Positions 13,101 through 28,261 of a stretch of 64,000 nucleotides of DNA are shown here, in pieces. Position 1 is the first letter of the stretch, and every line of letters begins with the position of its first letter. Both the position numbers and the translations under genes were made by a program. Where the stretch lies: the NCBI GenBank assembly GCA_964057225.1, contig OZ059896.1, forward strand, positions 11,656,001-11,720,000. The letters are read 5' to 3'. The notes under the pieces were generated by a model. It had not been told where the DNA came from and made no database searches. It worked only from the letters and a program-made list of their open reading frames with translations. The DNA comes from Auanema rhodensis (lineage: Eukaryota > Animalia > Nematoda).

Positions 13101-16100
13101 TTCTAAACCATTTCACTTCATCTCTTTTATTTAATTCCATTTTTTAAACAATTTTATAATTCTACGACTATTTCATAATTTCATTTTTTAAGTTTTTAAT
13201 CATTAAAAAACATTTAAATTTCAATATTGTGATGCTCAAAAACTGAAACATTTAAATATTTTGTATTTTCTAAACCGTTTCACTAAATCTATTTTATTTA
13301 ATTCCATTTTTTAAACAATTTTATAATTCTACCACTATTTCATAATTTCATTCTTTAAATTTTTAATCATTAAAAAACATATAAATTTCAATATTGTGAT
13401 GCTCATAAACTGAAACATTTGAATATTTTGTATTTTCTAAACCATTTCACTAAATCTATATTATTTAATCCCATATTTTGAACAATTTTATAATTATACC
13501 ACTATTTCATAATTTCATTCTTTAAATTTTTAATCATTAAAAAATATTTAAATTTCAATATTGTGATGCTCAAAAACTGAAACATTTGAATATTTTGTAT
13601 TTTCTAAACCATTTCACTAAATCTATATTATTTAATCCCATATTTTGAACAATTTTATAATTATACCACTATTTCATAATTTCATTCTTTAAATTTTTAA
13701 TCATTAAAAAACATATAAATTTCAATATTGTGATGATCAAAAACTGAAACATTTAAATATTTTGTATTTTCTAAACCATTTCACTAAATCTATTTTATTT
13801 AATTCCATATTTTGAACAATTTTATAATTCTACGACTATTTGATAATTTCATTTTTTAAATTTTCAATCATTAAAAAACATTTAAATTTCAATATTGTGA
13901 TGCTCAAAAACTGAAACATTTGAATATTTTGTATTTTCTAAACCATTTCACTAAATCTATATTATTTAATCCCATATTTTAAACAATTTTATAATTCTAC
14001 GACTATTTGATAATTTCATTTTTTAAATTTTCAATCATTAAAAAACATTTAAATTTCAATATTGTGATGCTCAAAAACTGAAACATTTAAATATTTTGTA
14101 TTTTCTAAACCATTTCACTAAATCTATTTTATTTAATCCCATATTTTAAACTATTTTATAATTCTACCACTATTTCATAATTTCATTCTTTAAATTTTTA
14201 ATCATTAAAAAACATTTAAATTTCAATATTGTGATGCTCAAAAACTGAAACATTTGAATATTTTGTATTTTCTAAACCATTTCACTAAATCTATATTATT
14301 TAATCCCATATTTTGAACAATTTTATAATTATACCACTATTTCATAATTTCATTCTTTAAATTTTTAATCATTAAAAAACATATAAATTTCAATATTGTG
14401 ATGATCAAAAACTGAAACATTTAAATATTTTGTATTTTCTAAACCATTTCACTAAATCTATTTTATTTAATTCCATATTTTAAACAATTTTATAATTCTA
14501 CGACTATTTGATAATTTCATTTTTTAAATTTTCAATCATTAAAAAACATTTAAATTTCAATATTGTGATGCTCAAAAACTGAAACATTTAAATATTTTGT
14601 ATTTTCTAAACCATTTCACTAAATCTATTTTATTTAATCCCATATTTTAAACTATTTTATAATTCTACCACTATTTCATAATTTCATTCTTTAAATTTTT
14701 AATCATTAAAAAACATATAAATTTCAATATTGTGATGATCAAAAACTGAAACATTTAAATATTTTGTATTTTCTAAACCATTTCACTAAATCTATTTTAT
14801 TTAATTCCATTTTTTAAACAATTTTATAATTCTACGACTATTTCATAATTTCATTTTTTAAATTTTTAATCATTAAAAAACATTTAAATTTCAATATTGT
14901 GATGCTCAAAAACTGAAACATTTAAATATTTTGTATTTTCTAAACCATTTCACTCCATCTCTTTTAATTAATTCCATATTTTTAACAATTTCATATTTCT
15001 ACCACGAATTCATAACTTCATTTTTTAAATTTTTAATCATTAAAAAACATTTAAATTTCAATATTGTGATGCTCAAAAACTGAAACATTTAAATATTCTG
15101 TATTTTCTTAACCATTACACTCCATCTCTTTTATTTAATCCCATATTTTGAACAATTTCATAATTCTACCACTATTTCATAATTTCATTCTTTAAAATTT
15201 TATTCATTAAAAAATATTTAAATTTCAATATTGTGATGCTCAAAAACTGAAACATTTGAATATTTTGTATTTTCTAAACCATTTCACTAAATCTATATTA
15301 TTTAATCCCATATTTTAAACAATTTTATAATTCTACGACTATTTGATAATTTCATTTTTTAAATTTTCAATCATTAAAAAACATTTAAATTTCAATATTG
15401 TGATGCTCAAAAACTGAAACATTTAAATATTTTGTATTTTCTAAACCATTTCACTAAATCTATTTTATTTAATCCCATATTTTAAACTATTTTATAATTC
15501 TACCACTATTTCATAATTTCATTCTTTAAATTTTTAATCATTAAAAAACATTTAAATTTCAATATTGTGATGCTCAAAAACTGAAACATTTGAATATTTT
15601 GTATTTTCTAAACCATTTCACTAAATCTATATTATTTAATCCCATATTTTGAACAATTTTATAATTATACCACTATTTCATAATTTCATTCTTTAAATTT
15701 TTAATCATTAAAAAACATATAAATTTCAATATTGTGATGATCAAAAACTGAAACATTTAAATATTTTGTATTTTCTAAACCATTTCACTAAATCTATTTT
15801 ATTTAATTCCATATTTTAAACAATTTTATAATTCTACGACTATTTGATAATTTCATTTTTTAAATTTTCAATCATTAAAAAACATTTAAATTTCAATATT
15901 GTGATGCTCAAAAACTGAAACATTTAAATATTTTGTATTTTCTAAACCATTTCACTAAATCTATTTTATTTAATCCCATATTTTAAACTATTTTATAATT
16001 CTACCACTATTTCATAATTTCATTCTTTAAATTTTTAATCATTAAAAAACATTTAAATTTCAATATTGTGATGCTCAAAAACTGAAACATTTGAATATTT

Positions 16101-19100
16101 TGTATTTTCTAAACCATTTCACTAAATCTATATTATTTAATCCCATATTTTGAACAATTTTATAATTATACCACTATTTCATAATTTCATTCTTTAAATT
16201 TTTAATCATTAAAAAACATATAAATTTCAATATTGTGATGATCAAAAACTGAAACATTTAAATATTTTGTATTTTCTAAACCATTTCACTAAATCTATTT
16301 TATTTAATTCCATATTTTAAACAATTTTATAATTCTACGACTATTTGATAATTTCATTTTTTAAATTTTCAATCATTAAAAAACATTTAAATTTCAATAT
16401 TGTGATGCTCAAAAACTGAAACATTTAAATATTTTGTATTTTCTAAACCATTTCACTAAATCTATTTTATTTAATCCCATATTTTAAACTATTTTATAAT
16501 TCTACCACTATTTCATAATTTCATTCTTTAAATTTTTAATCATTAAAAAACATATAAATTTCAATATTGTGATGATCAAAAACTGAAACATTTAAATATT
16601 TTGTATTTTCTAAACCATTTCACTAAATCTATTTTATTTAATTCCATTTTTTAAACAATTTTATAATTCTACGACTATTTCATAATTTCATTTTTTAAAT
16701 TTTTAATCATTAAAAAACATTTAAATTTCAATATTGTGATGCTCAAAAACTGAAACATTTAAATATTTTGTATTTTCTAAACCATTTCACTCCATCTCTT
16801 TTAATTAATTCCATATTTTTAACAATTTCATATTTCTACCACGAATTCATAACTTCATTTTTTAAATTTTTAATCATTAAAAAACATTTAAATTTCAATA
16901 TTGTGATGCTCAAAAACTGAAACATTTAAATATTCTGTATTTTCTTAACCATTACACTCCATCTCTTTTATTTAATCCCATATTTTGAACAATTTCATAA
17001 TTCTACCACTATTTCATAATTTCATTCTTTAAAATTTTATTCATTAAAAAATATTTAAATTTCAATATTGTGATGCTCAAAAACTGAAACATTTGAATAT
17101 TTTGTATTTTCTAAACCATTTCACTAAATCTATATTATTTAATCCCATATTTTAAACAATTTTATAATTCTACGACTATTTGATAATTTCATTTTTTAAA
17201 TTTTCAATCATTAAAAAACATTTAAATTTCAATATTGTGATGCTCAAAAACTGAAACATTTAAATATTTTGTATTTTCTAAACCATTTCACTAAATCTAT
17301 TTTATTTAATCCCATATTTTAAACTATTTTATAATTCTACCACTATTTCATAATTTCATTCTTTAAATTTTTAATCATTAAAAAACATTTAAATTTCAAT
17401 ATTGTGATGCTCAAAAACTGAAACATTTGAATATTTTGTATTTTCTAAACCATTTCACTAAATCTATATTATTTAATCCCATATTTTGAACAATTTTATA
17501 ATTATACCACTATTTCATAATTTCATTCTTTAAATTTTTAATCATTAAAAAACATATAAATTTCAATATTGTGATGATCAAAAACTGAAACATTTAAATA
17601 TTTTGTATTTTCTAAACCATTTCACTAAATCTATTTTATTTAATTCCATATTTTAAACAATTTTATAATTCTACGACTATTTGATAATTTCATTTTTTAA
17701 ATTTTCAATCATTAAAAAACATTTAAATTTCAATATTGTGATGCTCAAAAACTGAAACATTTAAATATTTTGTATTTTCTAAACCATTTCACTAAATCTA
17801 TTTTATTTAATCCCATATTTTAAACTATTTTATAATTCTACCACTATTTCATAATTTCATTCTTTAAATTTTTAATCATTAAAAAACATATAAATTTCAA
17901 TATTGTGATGATCAAAAACTGAAACATTTAAATATTTTGTATTTTCTAAACCATTTCACTAAATCTATTTTATTTAATTCCATTTTTTAAACAATTTTAT
18001 AATTCTACGACTATTTCATAATTTCATTTTTTAAATTTTTAATCATTAAAAAACATTTAAATTTCAATATTGTGATGCTCAAAAACTGAAACATTTAAAT
18101 ATTTTGTATTTTCTAAACCATTTCACTCCATCTCTTTTAATTAATTCCATATTTTTAACAATTTCATATTTCTACCACGAATTCATAACTTCATTTTTTA
18201 AATTTTTAATCATTAAAAAACATTTAAATTTCAATATTGTGATGCTCAAAAACTGAAACATTTAAATATTCTGTATTTTCTTAACCATTACACTCCATCT
18301 CTTTTATTTAATCCCATATTTTGAACAATTTCATAATTCTACCACTATTTCATAATTTCATTCTTTAAAATTTTATTCATTAAAAAATATTTAAATTTCA
18401 ATATTGTGATGCTCAAAAACTGAAACATTCAAATATTTTGTATTTTCTAAACCATTTCACTTCATCTCTTTTATTTAATTCCATTTTTTAAACAATTTTA
18501 TAATTCTACGACTATTTCATAATTTCATTTTTTAAGTTTTTAATCATTAAAAAACATTTAAATTTCAATATTGTGATGATCAAAACTGAAACATTTAAAT
18601 ATTTTGTATTTTCTTAACCATTTCACCAAATCTATTTTATTTAATTCCATATTTTAAACAATTTCATAATTCTACCACTATTTCATAATTTCATTCTTTA
18701 AATTTTTAATCATTAAAAAACATATAAATTTCAATATTGTGATGCTCAAAAACTGAAACATTTAAATATTTTGTATTTTCTTAACCATTTCACTAAATCT
18801 ATTTTATTTAATTCCATATTTTAAACAATTTTATAATTCTACGACTATTTGATAATTTCATTTTTTAAATTTTCAATCATTAAAAAACATTTAAATTTCA
18901 ATATTGTGATGCTCAAAAACTGAAACATTTAAATATTTTGTATTTTCTAAACCATTTCACTAAATCTATTTTATTTAATCCCATATTTTGAACAATTTTA
19001 TAATTATACCACTATTTCATAATTTCATTCTTTAAATTTTTAATCATTAAAAAACATATAAATTTCAATATTGTGATGCTCAAAAACTGAAACATTTAAA

Positions 19101-22100
19101 TATTTTGTATTTTCTTAACCATTTCACCAAATCTATTTTATTTAATTCCATATTTTAAACAATTTTATAATTCTACCACTATTTCATAATTTCATTTTTT
19201 AAATTTTTAATCATTAAAAAACATATAAATTTCAATATTGTGATGCTCAAAAACTGAAACATTTAAATATTTTGTATTTTCTAAACCATTTCACTAAATC
19301 TATTTTATTTAATTCCATATTTTAAACAATTTTATAATTCTACCACTATTTCATAATTTCATTCTTTAAATTTTTAATCATTAAAAAACATATAAATTTC
19401 AATATTGTGATGCTCAAAAACTGAAACATTTAAATATTTTGTATTTTCTAAACCCTTTCACTAAATCTATTTTATTTAATTCTATATTTTAAACAATTTT
19501 ATAATTCTACCACTATTTCATAATTTCATTTTTTAAATTTTTAATCATTAAAAAACATATAAATTTCAATATTGTGATGCTCAAAAACTGAAACATTTAA
19601 ATATTTTGTATTTTCTAAACCGTTTCACTAAATCTATTTTATTTAATTCCATTTTTTAAACAATTTTATAATTCTACCACTATTTCATAATTTCATTCTT
19701 TAAATTTTTAATCATTAAAAAACATATAAATTTCAATATTGTGATGCTCAAAAACTGAAACATTTGAATATTTTGTATTTTCTAAACCATTTCACTAAAT
19801 CTATATTATTTAATCCCATATTTTGAACAATTTTATAATTATACCACTATTTCATAATTTCATTCTTTAAATTTTTAATCATTAAAAAATATTTAAATTT
19901 CAATATTGTGATGCTCAAAAACTGAAACATTTGAATATTTTGTATTTTCTAAACCATTTCACTAAATCTATATTATTTAATCCCATATTTTGAACAATTT
20001 TATAATTATACCACTATTTCATAATTTCATTCTTTAAATTTTTAATCATTAAAAAACATATAAATTTCAATATTGTGATGATCAAAAACTGAAACATTTA
20101 AATATTTTGTATTTTCTAAACCATTTCACTAAATCTATTTTATTTAATTCCATATTTTAAACAATTTTATAATTCTACGACTATTTGATAATTTCATTTT
20201 TTAAATTTTCAATCATTAAAAAACATTTAAATTTCAATATTGTGATGCTCAAAAACTGAAACATTTAAATATTTTGTATTTTCTAAACCATTTCACTAAA
20301 TCTATTTTATTTAATCCCATATTTTAAACTATTTTATAATTCTACCACTATTTCATAATTTCATTCTTTAAATTTTTAATCATTAAAAAACATATAAATT
20401 TCAATATTGTGATGATCAAAAACTGAAACATTTAAATATTTTGTATTTTCTAAACCATTTCACTAAATCTATTTTATTTAATTCCATTTTTTAAACAATT
20501 TTATAATTCTACGACTATTTCATAATTTCATTTTTTAAATTTTTAATCATTAAAAAACATTTAAATTTCAATATTGTGATGCTCAAAAACTGAAACATTT
20601 AAATATTTTGTATTTTCTAAACCATTTCACTCCATCTCTTTTAATTAATTCCATATTTTTAACAATTTCATATTTCTACCACGAATTCATAACTTCATTT
20701 TTTAAATTTTTAATCATTAAAAAACATTTAAATTTCAATATTGTGATGCTCAAAAACTGAAACATTTAAATATTCTGTATTTTCTTAACCATTACACTCC
20801 ATCTCTTTTATTTAATCCCATATTTTAAACAATTTCATAATTCTACCACTATTTCATAATTTCATTCTTTAAAATTTTATTCATTAAAAAATATTTAAAT
20901 TTCAATATTGTGATGCTCAAAAACTGAAACATTCAAATATTTTGTATTTTCTAAACCATTTCACTAAATCTATATTATTTAATCCCGTATTTTGAACAAT
21001 TTTATAATTCTACCACTATTTCATAATTTCATTCTTTAAATTTTTAATCATTAAAAAACATATAAATTTCAATATTGTGATGATCAAAAACTGAAACATT
21101 TAAATATTTTGTATTTTCTAAACCATTTCACTAAATCTATTTTATTTAATTCCATATTTTAAACAATTTTATAATTCTACGACTATTTGATAATTTCATT
21201 TTTTAAATTTTCAATCATTAAAAAACATTTAAATTTTAATATTGTGATGCTCAAAAACTGAAACATTTAAATATTTTGTATTTTCTAAACCATTTCACTA
21301 AATCTATTCTATTTAATTCCATATTTTGAACAATTTTATATTTCTACGACTATTTGATAATTTCATTTTTTAAATTTTTAATCATTAAAAAACATATAAA
21401 TTTCAATATTGTGATGCTCAAAAACTGAAACATTTAAATATTTTGTATTTTCTAAACCATTTCACTAAATCTATTCTATTTAATTCCATATTTTAAACAA
21501 TTTTATAATTCTACCACTATTTGATAATTTCATTTTTTAAATTTTTAATCATTAAAAAACATATAAATTTCAATATTGTGATGCTCAAAAACTGAAACAT
21601 TCAAATATTTTGTATTTTCTTAACCATTTCACTGCATCTCTTTTATTTAATCCCATATTTTAAACAATTTTATAATTCTACCACTATTTCATAATTTCAT
21701 TTTTTAAATTTTTAATCATTAAAAAACATTTAAATTTCAATATTGTGATGCTCAAAAACTGAAACATTCAAATATTTTGTATTTTCTTAACCATTTCACT
21801 CCATCTCTTTTATTTAATCCCATATTTTAAACAATTTTATAATTCTACCACTATTTCATAATTTCATTCTTTAAATTTTTAATCATTAAAAAATATTTAA
21901 ATTTCAATATTGTGATGCTCAAAAACTGAAACATTCAAATATTTTGTATTTTCTAAACCATTTCACTAAATCTATATTATTTAATCCCGTATTTTGAACA
22001 ATTTTATAATTCTACCACTATTTCATAATTTCATTCTTTAAATTTTTAATCATTAAAAAACATTTAAATTTCAATATTGTGATGCTCAAAAACTGAAACA

Positions 22101-23843
22101 TTTAAATATTTTGTATTTTCTTAACCATTTCACCAAATCTATTTTATTTAATTCCATATTTTAAACAATTTCATAATTCTACCACTATTTCATAATTTCA
22201 TTCTTTAAATTTTTAATCATTAAAAAACATATAAATTTCAATATTGTGATGATCAAAACTGAAACATTTAAATATTTTGTATTTTCTAAACCATTTCACT
22301 AAATCTATTTTATTTAGTTCCATATTTTAAACAATTTTATAATTCTACCACTATTTCATAATTTCATTTTTTAAATTTTTAATCATTAAAAAACATATAA
22401 ATTTCAATATTGTGATGCTCAAAAACTGAAACATTTAAATATTTTGTATTTTCTTAACCATTTCACTAAATCTATTTTATTTAATTCCATATTTTAAACA
22501 ATTTTATAATTCTACGACTATTTGATAATTTCATTTTTTAAATTTTCAATCATTAAAAAACATTTAAATTTCAATATTGTGATGCTCAAAAACTGAAACA
22601 TTTAAATATTTTGTATTTTCTAAACCATTTCACTAAATCTATTTTATTTAATCCCATATTTTGAACAATTTTATAATTATACCACTATTTCATAATTTCA
22701 TTCTTTAAATTTTTAATCATTAAAAAACATATAAATTTCAATATTGTGATGCTCAAAAACTGAAACATTTAAATATTTTGTATTTTCTTAACCATTTCAC
22801 CAAATCTATTTTATTTAATTCCATATTTTAAACAATTTTATAATTCTACCACTATTTCATAATTTCATTTTTTAAATTTTTAATCATTAAAAAACATATA
22901 AATTTCAATATTGTGATGCTCAAAAACTGAAACATTTAAATATTTTGTATTTTCTAAACCATTTCACTAAATCTATTTTATTTAATTCCATATTTTAAAC
23001 AATTTTATAATTCTACCACTATTTCATAATTTCATTCTTTAAATTTTTAATCATTAAAAAACATATAAATTTCAATATTGTGATGCTCAAAAACTGAAAC
23101 ATTTAAATATTTTGTATTTTCTAAACCCTTTCACTAAATCTATTTTATTTAATTCTATATTTTAAACAATTTTATAATTCTACCACTATTTCATAATTTC
23201 ATTTTTTAAATTTTTAATCATTAAAAAACATATAAATTTCAATATTGTGATGCTCAAAAACTGAAACATTTAAATATTTTGTATTTTCTAAACCATTTCA
23301 CTAAATCTATTTTATTTAATTCCATATTTTAAACAATTTTATAATTCTACCACTATTTCATAATTTCATTTTTTAAATTTTTAATCATTAAAAAACATAT
23401 AAATTTCAATATTGTGATGATCAAAACTGAAACATTTAAATATTTTGTATTTTCTAAACCATTTCACTAAATCTATTTTATTTAATTCCATATTTTAAAC
23501 AATTTTATAATTCTACCACTATTTCATAATTTCATTTTTTAAATTTTTAATCATTAAAAAACATATAAATTTCAATATTGTGATGATCAAAAACTGAAAC
23601 ATTTAAATATTTTGTATTTTCTAAACCATTTCACTAAATCTATTTTATTTAATTCCATATTTTAAACAATTTTATAATTCTACGACTATTTGATAATTTC
23701 ATTTTTTAAATTTTCAATCATTAAAAAACATTTAAATTTCAATATTGTGATGCTCAAAAACTGAAACATTTAAATATTTTGTATTTTCTAAACCATTTCA
23801 CTAAATCTATTCTATTTAATTCCATATTTTGAACAATTTTATA

Positions 23844-25256
23844 CAGTCATGTGCAAAAAACCTCGGACAAAAATATCTTAGAGGCCCCAGAAACCCCTTA
23901 CAAACTACAACAAAATAAAATTTAATAAAAAATCAATATTTCAGGCTTATGAAGTATCAATTTTTCAGAAAATAGGCATCAATCTACTGAAACTAAACAA
24001 TCAATTTAACGATTGAAATTTTTTAACTTTGGAAGCATGAATAATTAAAATTAAAATGCAAAAATCATTTTTTTATTATTTAGATGGCTAAAGGAAAGAA
24101 GACTTGTGAAGAAGTAAGAGTTATAATCCGTAACTTGAAAGCAAAAGGCCTGACAATTAGAAAAATCAGCGACCTTCTCAGTATTCCAAAAAGTACTGTG
24201 CATCAAGTGTTCAAAGATGATGCTCGACCTTATCCAATACAAGGAGAAACGAGAGGAAGACCCCGGAAAACCACACAAGGACAGGATGAAATGTTAGTTA
24301 AACTTGTTACTAAACATCCAGAACTAACGTCCACCGCTCTGAGTCAACATCTTCTGAAAATGTGCTCTGTACGGCTACACGCGTCAAACGTGAGAAGAAG
24401 ACTGATAGCCAGAAATTTAAGAGCCAGGATCCCAGCCCGTAAGCCTCTTATCAGTGTGAAGAACAGGCTAGCCAGAGTGGAGTTCGCCAACGCACATCTG
24501 AATTGGACCTTTGAAGACTGGTCCTCCGTCATTTTTACCGATGAAAGCAAGTTTTGCTTATTCGGAAATGATGGTCCTGCTATGGTTCGTAGGCCTCCTT
24601 ATACAAGATACAACGCCAAATACTTACGACCCACAGTCAAGTATGGTGGAGGCACAATCATGGTTTGGGGTTGCTTCTGCTCTTCTGAAGTAGGACCACT
24701 TTTTCGTGTGGAAGGAAGAATGTGTGCCTCGGATTACCAGGATATCTTGAGAGAATGCCTTCTTCCCTATGCTATTTCCAAGTTTAGGACAAGAAATAGG
24801 TTTATTCTACAACAAGATAATGATCCAAAGCACACGGCCCGTTCAACAATTAGTTTCTTCGAAGATCAACGCCTGAATGTGCTCAAGTGGCCAAGCCAGT
24901 CGCCCGACTTAAACCCGATCGAACATTTATGGCGAGAACTAGGCCGGAAAGCAGCTGGATTTCAATGTTCAACGAAAGAAGAAAAATTTAGAGTATTACG
25001 AATACTCTGGAAAGAAATTTCGCCGGATCTCCTGAAGAATCTGATTCTATCAATGTCTAGAAGACTTCAAGCTGTTATTGATAACTTCGGTTATCCAACT
25101 AAATATTAATAAAGTTTTTTTTTAACATTTTAGTTGTTTTTATTCATAAGTTTGGTTCCATAGATACTTCAAAATGTGTTTTTTCGAAATTGTAGTTTGT
25201 TTTCATTAACATAGAGGGGTTACAAAATCTTGTCCGAGGTTTTTTGCACATGACTG
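23844..25256 (+). mobile_element. Tc1-family DNA transposon, copy 1 (1413 bp, intact)
   Basis: 27-bp perfect TIRs CAGTCATGTGCAAAAAACCTCGGACAA (23844-23870 / 25230-25256), TA target duplication (23842-43, 25257-58), single transposase ORF. Confidence 0.97.
24084..25109 (+). CDS. Tc1-like transposase, DD34E, 341 aa, intronless
   Basis: N-terminal HTH, GRPRKTT AT-hook-like linker, VIFTDESKF (D), QQDNDPKH (D), 34 residues, then WPSQSPDLNPIEHLW (E). C-terminus GYPTKY is typical of Tc1. Confidence 0.96.
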   Translation: MAKGKKTCEEVRVIIRNLKAKGLTIRKISDLLSIPKSTVHQVFKDDARPYPIQGETRGRPRKTTQGQDEMLVKLVTKHPELTSTALSQHLLKMCSVRLHASNVRRRLIARNLRARIPARKPLISVKNRLARVEFANAHLNWTFEDWSSVIFTDESKFCLFGNDGPAMVRRPPYTRYNAKYLRPTVKYGGGTIMVWGCFCSSEVGPLFRVEGRMCASDYQDILRECLLPYAISKFRTRNRFILQQDNDPKHTARSTISFFEDQRLNVLKWPSQSPDLNPIEHLWRELGRKAAGFQCSTKEEKFRVLRILWKEISPDLLKNLILSMSRRLQAVIDNFGYPTKY

Positions 25257-28200
25257 TATTTCTACGACTATTTGATAATTTCATTTTTTAAATTTTTAAT
25301 CATTAAAAAACATATAAATTTCAATATTGTGATGCTCAAAAACTGAAACATTTAAATATTTTGTATTTTCTAAACCATTTCACTAAATCTATTCTATTTA
25401 ATTCCATATTTTAAACAATTTTATAATTCTACCACTATTTGATAATTTCATTTTTTAAATTTTTAATCATTAAAAAACATTTAATTTTCAATATTGTGAT
25501 GCTCAAAAACTGAAACATTTAAATATTTTGTATTTTCTTAACCATTTCACCAAATCTATTTTATTTAATTCCATATTTTAAACAATTTCATAATTCTACC
25601 ACTATTTCATAATTTCATTCTTTAAATTTTTAATCATTAAAAAACATATAAATTTCAATATTGTGATGATCAAAACTGAAACATTTAAATATTTTGTATT
25701 TTCTAAACCATTTCACTAAATCTATTTTATTTAGTTCCATATTTTAAACAATTTTATAATTCTACCACTATTTCATAATTTCATTTTTTAAATTTTTAAT
25801 CATTAAAAAACATTTAAATTTCAATATTGTGATGCTCAAAAACTGAAACATTTAAATATTTTGTATTTTCTTAACCATTTCACCAAATCTATTTTATTTA
25901 ATTCCATATTTTAAACAATTTCATAATTCTACGACTATTTGATAATTTCATTTTTTAAATTTTCCATCATTAAAAAACATTTAAATTTCAATATTGTGAT
26001 GCTCAAAAACTGAAACATTTAAATATTTTGTATTTTCTAAACCATTTCACTAAATCTATTTTATTTAATTCCATATTTTAAACAATTTTATAATTCTACC
26101 ACTATTTCATAATTTCATTCTTTAAATTTTTAATCATTAAAAAACATATAAATTTCAATATTGTGATGCTCAAAAACTGAAACATTTAAATATTTTGTAT
26201 TTTCTTAACCATTTCACCAAATCTATTTTATTTAATTCCATATTTTAAACAATTTTATAATTCTACCACTATTTCATAATTTCATTTTTTAAATTTTTAA
26301 TCATTAAAAAATATTTAAATTTCAATATTGTGATGCTCAAAAACTGAAACATTTAAATATTTTGTATTTTCTTAACCATTTCACTAAATCTATTTTATTT
26401 AATCCCATATTTTAAACAATTTTATAATTCTACCACTATTTCATAATTTCATTTTTTAAATTTTTAATCATTAAAAAATATTTAAATTTCAATATTGTGA
26501 TGATCAAAAACTGAAACATTCAAATATTTTGTATTTTCTAAACCATTTCACTAAATCTATATTATTTAATCCCGTATTTTGAACAATTTTATAATTCTAC
26601 CACTATTTCATAATTTCATTCTTTAAATTTTTAATCATTAAAAAACATATAAATTTCAATATTGTGATGATCAAAACTGAAACATTTAAATATTTTGTAT
26701 TTTCTAAACCATTTCACTAAATCTATTTTATTTAGTCCCATATTTTGAACAATTTTATAATTATACCACTATTTCATAATTTCATTTTTTAAATTTTTAA
26801 TCATTAAAAAACATATAAATTTCAATATTGTGATGCTCAAAAACTGAAACATTTAAATATTTTGTATTTTCTTAACCATTTCACTAAATCTATATTATTT
26901 AATCCCGTATTTTGAACAATTTTATAATTCTACCACTATTTCATAATTTCATTTTTTAAATTTTCAATCATTAAAAAACATTTAAATTTCAATATTGTGA
27001 TGCTCAAAAACTGAAACATTTAAATATTTTGTATTTTCTAAACCATTTCACTAAATCTATTTTATTTAATCCCATATTTTGAACAATTTTATAATTATAC
27101 CACTATTTCATAATTTCATTCTTTAAATTTTTAATCATTAAAAAACATATAAATTTCAATATTGTGATGCTCAAAAACTGAAACATTTAAATATTTTGTA
27201 TTTTCTTAACCATTTCACCAAATCTATTTTATTTAATTCCATATTTTAAACAATTTTATAATTCTACCACTATTTCATAATTTCATTTTTTAAATTTTTA
27301 ATCATTAAAAAACATATAAATTTCAATATTGTGATGCTCAAAAACTGAAACATTTAAATATTTTGTATTTTCTAAACCATTTCACTAAATCTATTTTATT
27401 TAATTCCATATTTTAAACAATTTTATAATTCTACCACTATTTCATAATTTCATTTTTTAAATTTTTAATCATTAAAAAACATATAAATTTCAATATTGTG
27501 ATGCTCAAAAACTGAAACATTTAAATATTTTGTATTTTCTAAACCCTTTCACTAAATCTATTTTATTTAATTCTATATTTTAAACAATTTTATAATTCTA
27601 CCACTATTTCATAATTTCATTTTTTAAATTTTTAATCATTAAAAAACATATAAATTTCAATATTGTGATGCTCAAAAACTGAAACATTTAAATATTTTGT
27701 ATTTTCTAAACCATTTCACTAAATCTATTTTATTTAATTCCATATTTTAAACAATTTTATAATTCTACCACTATTTCATAATTTCATTTTTTAAATTTTT
27801 AATCATTAAAAAACATATAAATTTCAATATTGTGATGATCAAAACTGAAACATTTAAATATTTTGTATTTTCTAAACCATTTCACTAAATCTATTTTATT
27901 TAATTCCATATTTTAAACAATTTTATAATTCTACCACTATTTCATAATTTCATTTTTTAAATTTTTAATCATTAAAAAACATATAAATTTCAATATTGTG
28001 ATGATCAAAAACTGAAACATTTAAATATTTTGTATTTTCTAAACCATTTCACTAAATCTATTTTATTTAATTCCATATTTTAAACAATTTTATAATTCTA
28101 CGACTATTTGATAATTTCATTTTTTAAATTTTCAATCATTAAAAAACATTTAAATTTCAATATTGTGATGCTCAAAAACTGAAACATTTAAATATTTTGT

Positions 28201-28261
28201 ATTTTCTAAACCATTTCACTAAATCTATTCTATTTAATTCCATATTTTGAACAATTTTATA

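Noticed and set aside
24074-24086. tatttagATG as a nematode trans-splice acceptor before the transposase start
   Set aside because: Deviates from TTTCAG and is common in AT-rich DNA; unsupported without transcripts.
24051-24693. Small ORFs overlapping the Tc1 transposase (also 28469-29111)
   Set aside because: Antisense or out-of-frame shadows of the transposase.
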